Shown here in pieces: positions 27,720-39,700 of a stretch of 64,000 bases of DNA. A program made the translations under genes and the position numbers. The notes beneath the pieces were generated by a model. It was not told where the DNA came from, ran no database searches, and worked only from the letters and a program-made list of their open reading frames with translations. Position 1 is the first letter of the stretch. Every line of letters begins with the position of its first letter. The stretch lies in the IMG/VR virus record IMGVR_UViG_3300032307_000369, positions 124,001 to 188,000 of that record; one strand, 5' to 3'.

Positions 27720-30700
27720 TTAAGACAGTTTGCCATAGTAATACTTATCGGGCAATTCTGAAGTGAACTCTTGTAAGAATCTAGCTTGTGGAGTTGACTC
27801 CTGCTGTATAGTAGTTGTTCCACCAAGGGTATACCAAATCTTACCAATTTTTTGTACTACTTTGATATCAACATTTGATATCACTGTAGAATCGCTGTTT
27901 AAAGACAATACACTAGGGTTAACTGTCAACACGTAGTTATTCCCAACTTTTTCAATAACAAAGTCTGGTGCCGCTGTTAAATCACCTGATTGCCCTTGAC
28001 TGTTAACTTCGTCTGAGTTATGGGTTATGCTAAAATCGTGTTTGATTAACTGGTTACTTCCCCTAACTGGTTTAGTTAGTACCTTGCCAGCCATGTACAC
28101 TGTAACTTGATCTTCAAGACCAATCGTATCATTGAATGTAAAATCAGTCAAGGTATAAGAAGCCACAGTGGTTACATTTACCCAGTTACCGTTTACATAC
28201 TGTTGATACCTGTTGGTAGTTTGATTAAATTTGTAATTTTCAGGAGTTTTATACGTTTTTATAGTATATCCTTCTCTGTACGGAATAGTTTCATTGTTTC
28301 CAACGTTAAACACTTTGGTACCAACAGGATAGCTATCAGCTACGCCAGTTCCAAGTGTTCCTCGAGTTAAGTTTGTTAGCTTATTGCCAACAATAGACCT
28401 AAATTCAATTCTTTCTCCAGCAATAAAAATTGAGCTTGGTTTTGGATTATTGACATTAACTACTCCAAATATACTTGTGTCACTAACTTCAATCTCTCTG
28501 TCAGTTGACATCAGTGCCTTTGTCAAAGTCACAGTGCTGTTCTTTGATAATCTCTTGAACTGCACAGCATTTGTCATATCTTTAAACATTCTATAAGAAA
28601 CTGCTTCGCTTGATACAATATCGCTAATACTTGTTACAACTACTCTGTCGTTGTTACCTAGATTAAATCTATTTGATATTTGAATATAATCTTTGTCAAC
28701 CACTTGATAATCATAGTTTGGAATTAATGGACGACCATTTACGTCAACCCAAACATTGTTGATATTATAAACAGGTCTGCTAAGTTTATACTCGTTTCTA
28801 TTAGGATTAGTTTTGAATACTTCTCTTCTAATTAGATTTTCATCATGATTTGTATAGGTGACCACTGATACTCGTTGACCTACTTGTATTTTAGCTGGAC
28901 TTCTAAATGTTATTTGATTGCCAAAAATTACGTAGTCTGAATCACGTAGTACACATACTGCAACTACATCGCCAACTTGTGCTACTCCTGAACTCATAGT
29001 AATTGTATTATTGACCGTGTTAAATTCATAGTCTCTGCCTACTACTATAATTTTTCCATTTTTGTACACTTCAATATCAGATATTGACAAAGTACGTGTT
29101 AAGTAAGGAATGTTTTCACCTAATCTAAATGTTTGAGAGTTTTGTGTAACTTCATAATATTCAGTTTCAGGTGGCATCATTCTTTGCGTTGGAGTAAGAC
29201 CCCAATAAATTCTAGAAGTATCTTCGTCAGGACGATTAGTAATATGCACTCCCCAATATATTATATTATCAGGTGTCAAAGTAGTTGTATTTGAAGTGTG
29301 TGCAACTTTACAAATATGATATTGTCCACTGAAAGAAACAATATCATTAACATCATAAGAAACTGTACTTGCCCAAGCAGGGAATACCAATTCAGAATTG
29401 GTCTGTGTGCTAGTGTGTCCAATTTTACAAATATATGAAACATTGTTGTATAGAACAGTGTCATTTATTGTGTAATAAACATTTTCTAGCCATGGGCCCT
29501 TCCAATCTTCTGTAGAAGATGTTAATCTAGTTACTGCTGCCATAACGTGCAACGGTGCAATATTTCCAGGCGGTTTAGTTAATGTATAAGTTGTATTATT
29601 ATCAATTACAATTTCTTGATTATAAATTTCACTATAAGTTTTAACTGTTGACCCAAATAGCAATATATTAATAACTGTGCCTGCTGTCAAAGTAGGAGTG
29701 TTAGTAATAATAATTTTAGCACGTTTAGATCTGCCTGCTGCCTTGGTTATAGAACTAGTATTTGAAATTGAAATATAGTAACTACCAATATCTTGATAAT
29801 TAATATCTGACAAAATTTCAAAAGAAGTTGCACTAGCATTGGCACTAGTCACAGTATAACTAAATCTACTTAAAATATTACTTCCACCAATTGTTGTCTT
29901 TTGTACAGTAAGTGCAAGTGTATTTGTAGCTGACAGCTGATCAATTCCATATTCATTTGTAATAATGGTAACAGTTGTTGTTCCATTTACATTTGATGTT
30001 AGTGTATAATCAGTATTTTCTTTAGCAACAAAATTACCAATCAATACAAATATTTCTTGTCCACTGCCAATTGTGTCTTGGATCACAAATTGCATTGTTG
30101 ATCCATCCATTATAAATTGTTTAGTAGAAATTAAATTACTTCCTGCACCTGGGCTGTTGAACACAGTCATTGATAGTGTGTCAAATATCTCACCCTTGAC
30201 TAGTTCTTCTGTTGAAGGACTATGTTCAACTGATAAAAATTCACCACCATCTAAACTTATGTCAGTGGCACTTAATCCAGTAGCAGTTCTAAATCTTATT
30301 TCGCCAGCGTCCAAAATTGTTGAAAAATCTCCGCCAGTAATATTTGTATCAAGAACAATATCATCAGTTGGTAAATTTACGCCATCACTTAATTCTTGAC
30401 GAATCTCAATCTTTATACCTGATGATGGAACCTGTGGAAGTGTCAATGTACTTGTAGAACCACTAGTTGTAATTGTTTTAAACAATGCATCACTATTTGT
30501 TTGATCCACTGTGCCATAATTTTCATCATCAACTCTAACACCATCAAAGTAAACGTTGATTTTTGTACCTAATAAAGGTGTATATCCTAAATCATATGTA
30601 GTAGTAGTTCCGTCTGAAATTACCAACAAGTCCTTGTAGCTGTTGACAAATGTGTCCCAGCCCTGTGTAAACCAAGGCAATCCATCCCAGCCTGAACTAA

Positions 30701-33700
30701 CTGTAAAATTAAGACCCTGTATCTCTACTCCGCCAAATTCTACACCTTTTATTAATTGAGTAACGTCCTTACCTGGCATGTTTGCAGTTGGGTAATAACT
30801 TGTAATAATTCTGTCAACCGCATTTTGAATATTAATATTCTTAGCATACTGAACTGTAATAGTTGATCCTGGATTTGGAATATTTTTAAATTTAATATAC
30901 CCAACATACTTTGTGAATCCATTTTCAATAATTTGTTTTAATTGAATCAAATAGTCACTAGTTATAATCTCTGATCCAGTATTGGTGCTTGCATTTAATT
31001 CACGCACAATAATTTTATCAGTATCTAAATCTGGTGGGAATGTTAGTTTAAATGTGTCAGTGTAACTTTCTCCAGAAGATTGTGTAAACGTATCAACGGT
31101 GTACAGTGTATTTTTAATATACTGTATTCTTAAATTTTGTCTTGCAGGTAAAGCAAGATTAAATGTAATCACTGTTGACAAATCGTTTCTAAAAGTTATT
31201 CTATAGTTGTCAGCACTAATCTCTGCATCGTTTAAAAACAACTTAATAGTTGATTCGTCTTGTAATGCAGGGTAATTTGTGTCTGTATTAGTAGATGGAT
31301 ATGTTAATACATAATTTAATGTTACTCCATCAGTATCAACGTTTCTATTAAGAATTTCTCCAGTATATAGACCTGTGTCAGAAGTTCTATCAAATTTCAT
31401 CTGTATTTGATTACTTCGAACTTTGCTATTTGATAATACCGCATACGCAGACCCATTTACAAAATCTGCTAGATAATTTGACCCTCCAGTTAAAATAACT
31501 TTAGGAGTCGTCAAATATCCTCTACCTGGATTTGTAACAATAATACTTGACAATTTACCATTACTAATTTTAGCAATAGCTGTTGCGCCAGTGCCTGGAT
31601 CTCCGCCAACTGGAACTATTGTTACTATTGGTGGGGTAATATAATTTTGACCTGTTAGACCAATTCTAATATCTGACACCGTGAAACCGTAGTTTTCACC
31701 CCAATGCTTATAAGGGTAAACATTATTAATCATCGACGTAGTTGGTAATTTAATCGCACCAGTAATACTGTCAACATACGCAGGCAAGTCAAAATCAGTT
31801 ACACCAACACCTATTTTTTCAATAGTATTATAACCAACTGTTGATTCTCTAAATTTAGATTTGTATGGTTTAATTTCTTTGATAAAATCTTCAACATAAC
31901 TAAAGTCATTGAATCGATAAACATCATCTTGGTCTAGTGTTCCAGCATCTACAAACGGTGTAATAAAACTAGTCTTATATACCCAGTCCACAAATAGTTG
32001 TTCACTTAGCACGTGTCTTATGGCAACAAATACAAACTTTTTCCAATAGGATGCTAAATCGCCTACAAAAATATTGTCTTTAATTGCATTTAAAATAATA
32101 CGTAGTTCAGTAGTATTTGTTTCATCAAACCCACCTTGGTCGTATCTAGTTACGTTGTCAAATCCAAGACCGGCAGCAATTTTATCATATAACTTATTAT
32201 TGAACTGTACTGTTCCGTTTTCTCTAAAAACTAGATCGTAATCATCAAGATAGTTGCCTGTACCAGCAGTTGTTTTACGCACAATAATTCTTCTACCGTC
32301 TCCTGGTGTTCTAATTTCAACTGTTGATCCTGTTTCAAAGATAAAGGATTCTAAATCAGAAATGAAATTAGTTGCGTATGTGGCTGGCACATCAACTGCG
32401 TATGAAGGATCGACCCAATCAACATAACTCCAATATTTAGGCACGTTAATTGTTTGCGTAGATTCTCTAACAAACGATTTATTTTTATACTGATAAATTG
32501 CCCACTTATCAATTTCTGTATCAAGTACAGTAAGCACTGAGTATGGTCTAGCAATTAGCTTTGGTGTTTCAGTATATCCATAACCTTGATTTACAATTCT
32601 AACTGATACAACACGGCCATTTAAATCAATAGCAGTTTGTATGTTGGCTCCTTGACCAGTACCATAAATTTGAACTGTTGGAGCAACTTTGTATCCATTA
32701 CCAGGATCATCAATGTTCACTCTAACAATTTTACCGTTAACTACAGTAGCACTTAATTTAGTTTGTACTTTTCCGTTAGTTCCTATTGAAGAGATTTCAT
32801 CACTTAATTCAATAACTTCATCATAATGACCTAAACTAATGGATGGATAATCTTCGACCTTTTCTAGTTCGGCTAAGTTAGCCTTACCAACAATATCGTG
32901 TTTAAGTAATATTTCATTAACATATTCGATCATTATTTTTAATGCCAAATCTCTGTCTTTGAACCACGACTGTCTTGGTCTGTAAGATGTTCCATAACGC
33001 AACTTTGGAGATACCTCAGGATCAGGTACAGGATTGCCAGCAACATCTTGTCCAACAAGACTGTCAATGAGCTTGTTCTCAATACTAGGATCTAGATTCA
33101 AATAGGTAACATTTTCATTGACTAACTGCCAATGACTATGACGATTAATTTCTTTGTCAGAGGTTTGATAGTATACATCAATATTAATTTTATTACCATT
33201 CAAAGACTTTTTGGCATTAGTCAAACTTAAAGAGTTCGTTGCTAAAAAGCTAGCAAATTTAATACCTTGACCTTTAGGATCTTCAATTATTCTTGCACAA
33301 TCAAAAGAAGTCATATTTCTAAATTCTAAGTCTGGAAGAGTAATTTTATTTCTAACCCAGAAATAATAAACGTTAACAAAATCATTGACTACTGGGTCAA
33401 AGTATTGATTAATTGATAGTACTGTATTGTCTGGGTTTAATGGTTGTCCGCTAACTCCCAGTGCTAGTCCGTCAGTTGTATCAGCTAGTTGCGCCCACTC
33501 ACTTGGTCTAAAATCACTCTTAACCCACTCATAAACATCAACTGTTGATCCTGGGAATAATTTACCCCAGTTGTTCGCTCTAAACTCATTGTCGCCTTGC
33601 TCATACCAAACAAATCTTAAGGTGCTTGTGTCTAGCCAAACTTCACCAACGTGATCATCTAACCAAGTTGTTTTGTTATCAACTCTTACTTTGGCTGATG

Positions 33701-36700
33701 TTTCTAATGCAACTGTGTAAATTGCTGGATCAAAAGGTTGAATATATTTGATTTCATTTAATACTTTAGAAGGCAATTTACCCTTTACTGGGTCATAAAT
33801 TTCATAGTAGTCAACGATCTCTAATGTATTATTATCATAGCTAATAACTTTTTTAATTTTATCAGTATCGATTATTGGCTCTTGTACTCTAACCTTTGAC
33901 CAAGACCAAGAAGACCCACATCCGCATGCTTGTTCTATATCTCGTTTTTTATCAAAAATTACAACAGTTCCAGAGTCTGTATATGTTGTTAATTGATTAG
34001 AATCCTCTAAGGTTCCTATTACTTTTAAATCATATCTTGGAGCACCAACAAGAATAAATTCTCCATCAGTTGCAATTCCAGTTCCATATCCATCAAAGGA
34101 TGCGCTGTCTCCGCTAATTAATGACTCGCCAAATACATATTTGGTTCCTAATCTTTGATACAAATAAACTGCACCGCTGGCAACTGCCTTGCTTACAAAT
34201 CTAGTACTGCCACTATCAAAAGTTGTTCTTAGAGCGGCTGCTGTAGAAGTTGGATTAAGCGTATACTCTGAGCCATATCGTTCTTCTGAATCTACATATC
34301 TTTCAGTATACGTGTCAAATGCAACAGGTGTTGCTTGACCTCCGCCAATCGCAGTAACTAATAAAGTATTACCGTCTTCGCTTAATGCTAAATTACTTCC
34401 AAACAGCTCGCCTGTTTCAGTTGCAGGTGACGTAATTTTTTGATCTAGAGCGTATGAAGAGTTTAGTTGTAATTTTAATACATATACCAAACCTGCATCT
34501 AATTTTTCTGTAGAAGAATGATCACTAGATATTAGTAATGTTGTGCCGTCTGCTGACATTGATAGTTTGTCACCAAATCTATCATTTCTAATGGTTCCTT
34601 GACCAGTGATAGTAATAGTTGTTGTAGCAGTTTCATCATTAAGCAAACGTAAAGGTTTGAACGCCATACGCAAGACACTTAACTCACTAATTACAAATTC
34701 ACCATTATTGCTAGCATTAGTTGATCCGTTAATAATCACTGCTTGACCAATTCTAAAACCATCTGCAATAAAACTACCAGTATTTCTAACTAAAGAATTG
34801 TCTGAAGCTTGGAATGAAATAATTTGTGCAACAGTATTGTATGACTTGATCACTCCCTTTAATAACAAGTCGTCTGATTCTAAATAATCGTCAGCATATA
34901 TTGTTTGGGACAGTTGATAGCTATAAGATCCAGCATCTTTTCTAAAGATAAAGACTGCGCCAGAATGTACTTGTGTTCTGTCTTTTACATGATCAGGTGC
35001 AGATACTGCAAGTATTGTTCCATCTTTATTACATACAATATCACTACCAAAATTAGATTTTGAATTAATATTAGTAACTTCAGAACGTATGTTATAAGGA
35101 TTTCCGCCAACAGTGTAAACTTGCCACAAGTTATTGCTGTCTAAATAATAAACAAAAATTGCACCAAGACCGCCGTCTTGTCCTGGAGCTGACACCAATA
35201 AAGTTGGTTTATCAGATCCTACAAATTTTACTTTGTGTCCAAATTTAGCTTCAGCTTGTGCTATTGGACTGGCTAATACTGCCTCAGTTCTATATGCATC
35301 AAGTTCGTTGTTAAATTTAACAATCTTAATTGCGCCTTCCTCAAATAGCTCTGATGAGGACTTGTTAAATTCTAAAACTTTTCTAATTGGTTCTACTGAT
35401 TGTCCTAAAACTTTCCATTTTGCATTAGAAGAATTAGGAGCACCCGAAACAATATAACGTATGGTCAGTGCGGTGTTTTCCCAGCAGTCTAAACTTGCAC
35501 CGTGTAGTCGTTGCATTTCTGGAACGCCGACTCCATTTTTTACATCTTGTATAGTTAAGATATCGCTGAAGTTTTCTTCTAACAAATAACTTTGATGCAA
35601 AATAATATCTTCAGATCCAAGTGCATTTCTTTCATATACATAAACTCGACCACGTTCTAATTCTGTAGCAGAAACAATAATGTTTTTAGACACTGGTGCA
35701 ATAATTGTAGTATTACCAAATTTTTGTCCAGATTGATTAATTCTTGGTCGTATTGGTAAAGCCTTTGTGTTTGCTTCTTTTTCTAAAACTGCCCAAGTAC
35801 CATCACCTACATCATCTACCCAAACAAATTCACAATTTTGCCATCTTGCAAGTCCTGGAATGGATGCTAGGTCGTCTAATTTACTAAATCTTGATGTTGC
35901 AAAATAATACATTGAACCAGTTAGTATTTCACCAGCGGCTGGAATATCATTGAACGCTGTCTTAACAACAAATGTTGTTCCGTCAGGAATTCCTATTACT
36001 TCGTAAACTCCATTTAGTGGATCATCTAGTCGAGAAATTGATACAAAATCTCGCAGTTTTAATTTGTGGGCAACGTCTGTATTGAAGCTAATTAGATTAT
36101 TTGCATTATCAACTGTGTAATTTATAATTGTTACTGGTGACAATGTATATCGTTTAACTCCCCAGTTTCCTGAATTATCAATAGCTAGCCAAACAGTGTC
36201 GCCTTCTCTCAAAGATGAAGAAGATGACAATGTTAATATATTGTTTTCATATAGCCCAGTGAATACAACATCATCTAATCTTACATAGCCTGCACTTGGT
36301 ATTTTTTGATATTGACTATATCCGTTACCATTGACCGGTGACACATCAAGTGTTGGCCAAGGTCTACCATTATAATCAGCTGGATGAATTTGCATGTCAG
36401 ACAATGGCACTTTATATGCTTTATCCAAAGATGATTTTAGATCGTTATATTCAAATTCAAAAATTTGAGGATCTTGATTAAGTTTATTTTGATCTAACGT
36501 AAATTCTATTTCTTCATAAGAATTTTCACCACCAAATGTTCCTAATCTAATTGCCCATTCTTCTTGTAAACTAATGTGCGCACCAGTAGCTGAGTTATTA
36601 GCAACTGCAAATTTTTCTAAAGGAAGTGTGGTTCCTTTTTCTCGAATAAAACCTTGATAAAATTTATACTGGCTTGACTCATCAGGTATTAAAGAATTTA

Positions 36701-39700
36701 AGTAAGTTCTTGGAACATACCCAATTAACTTTTGTGCGTATTTTTGTTGACTGTTATCAAAATTGACACTATCTAAACTATAAAATTCTTCAAATTGACT
36801 AATTTTATATTCAAAGTTAGGTAACAACTGTGCAACTGGCTGTTTACCTAGTAAGGTCCAGTCTTCATAATTGAAAATTTCTCTAGCCAGTGTTCTAGCT
36901 TTTGCTTGATAATATTTTGTTTGATATCTAACAACATTTCCAATTTCATAATCAATGTTAGGTTCCCAATCATTAATTTTTGCACTGTCATATACAAATC
37001 CTGGAATGTAGAAATCACCTTTCCAACCGTCTGTCATAAACCCTTTGATTTTAAATCTTTTTTGTCTATAACCTGACGTTGGTTCATAAATTAAATCATT
37101 AAAAATTGTTTTATTATCAAAAACAACAACATGTTCTTTTTGTACTAGACTAATTTTTACAAAATAAACACCCTCAGTTGTTCCAGCAGTATCAATAATA
37201 AAGGAACCTTCTTGTCTAGAAATGCTTACTTTGTTTCTGTCAATAGATGTGCCATCAGCTTTGAGCAGTGTGTAATCATAGAAACTATCGTACAAATCAT
37301 CAACAACAGAATTTTCACTAGTAAAATAAATCTTTTCTGCAAACGGTGAAAGACTTATTACTGAGCTTGTTGACCAATTTTGTAAACTCCAAAATAAAAA
37401 TTCTTTACCTGCTAGTTTCCAGTCTGCAATCACATCTAGCTCTGGTAAAAGATTTTCAAACTTAAACCCTTCAGATTTAACATATTCTCCGTAGCCAAGG
37501 ATAAAATCAAACACATCTTGTATAGAGTTGTATTTTGTTCCATAAGGAACTATTGTAGTAACGTCTTCAAAAGAATTTGCCACAAATGCTTCTACACCGC
37601 CAACAGATGGCAAATAAGGCAGTGGATAATATAACCCTGGCTCAAATGTTTGCTTGGTCAAATGAGTAGAAATTGCTCTATAATACTGTTGGCCATTTGC
37701 AACTACTAACCCTGCATTCACTGTAGCATTTGAAGACCAATATATAAATGGTTCAGTAACTCCGCCAACAGAAATTACAGGATCGTTAGTAGCATGGATT
37801 GCTTTTTTAATTGCAAAATATGGAGAGTTAGAATCATACCCTCTCACCATATAGCCAGCTTCTGTTCTTTCAACAATAATACCTGACATTGTTAATGTCT
37901 TTGTAGGCGATCCAGTAGAAAGAACTAATTGATAGTTTTCTTCTGGAACATATACTTTGTCCACAGTTTTGTAAGATGTTACTGTTTCTAACGCAACTCT
38001 AAATTTATCCTTGCTTGTGAATCCACCAACTTTATAAATTAGATTTGATTGAATTCTATTTAGATAATCCTGTAATCTAACTGCTGGATTAGAAAAACGT
38101 TGTCTTAAATTTTCAACAATGTAAGGATGATAACCTGTTGCATAAACAAAATTATTATCTATTGTATTTGAAAAAACTTTCAATGCTGCCGGACTCAATC
38201 TTTCTAAAGAATCTTTATACACAATTTGATTAGCAATGTTAAAGACATTTCTTGAAGTGTCAAATCCTAAAGTTGCATACTTGGCTGGCATTATTAATGC
38301 CATGGCGATTTGAACTGCAAACGGATAAATGTCACTTCTTCTCCAAGCAGTTTCTGCAGGACCCATATCACCAAATGACCACTCAGTGTATCTTGCAGAA
38401 TAATCAAAATCTTTTACAGTGTTTGCTTGAATAGGATCTTTTAAGATTCCGTAAGAATCTACAGGAATAATATTAGACAATCCTGGTCTTGCATATTTTT
38501 CATCATACCCTTTTCTAACGCCAGCTCGAATATATCCTTGTTCTAAATCTTTCCACATGACATCGTTTCCAGACGTATATGGAGCAGGACCATATTCAGC
38601 TTCCCACCAAGTTGGCTTTTTGTAAAACCCTAACATTTCCCATGGATGAGAGTGAGGACGATCAGTATCATAATAATGTTTGTAAACTTTTCTCCAAGAG
38701 CCAGTAATGAATGAATTTCTGTCAATTATTCCAGTTGAATTCAAATATTTGAATCCAAAATTGTTTAGATAAATTTCATTTTCATTTGCTCTATAATCAA
38801 TGCTATAAATGCCAATCCATTTTAAGAATTCATCTTCAATAGCATTATCAAATTGTTTTGATGTATAACCAGTTTTTCTAAAGATACTAGGTAAAATTTC
38901 ATTTACATCTAAAATTCGTGGATCATATTCTACTTTTAAGTTATTAAAAATTCGTTTTTCTAACTCTAGTAATAATTGATCTCTGTCATCGCCAAAGCAA
39001 ACTGTTACTGAACCATCATGTCCTTGTATAACTTGAGTTGGTTCAATATAAGTGTCATCTAAATAGATTGATGGCTCAAAACTAGGATATAGCCCTAATT
39101 TTGTGGGAGACATTGGCATTACTGCGCCGTGAATGTTGTTAAACACTCTAATTAAAATTTTATCGTTTACAGACAGTGTATTAACAAATCTAACTAATGG
39201 GTTATCTAAGTCAAAAGAGTAGTCTTTATCAATAATTAATTGTTCGCCATTAACGTATACTAATATTGCTTTTTTGCCAAAAGCAAATCTGTCATAAATT
39301 TCTGACCCGTATGCATAAGCTCTAATATTTGTATCATTTACAGTGTATGTATAATCTCGTTTGTTTAACCCATAAGGCAACATGTCACTGTAATAAAACA
39401 TAGATGCTGGAGTTTTATCCTTAGCAATGCTCAAAATTATTTTATCTAGTGCATCTGGGATGTCAGCATATTCTGCTAATTCTATAAATTTTTGTAGTAT
39501 TAAAGTTTTGTAACGTTGGTATTCCAAAGCAGACCAACGAAGAGAATGTATTAGATTATATTCTTTATTAGCTATTACTGCTCCAGCCATTGAAACTAAT
39601 CCATCATGTTGAACAAATCTTCTTCCGTACTTGTCTAAATTTGCTAAATCACGTAAATTGTTTCTATCAATTACAGTGTTTAAATCCTTTGAAGCATTTA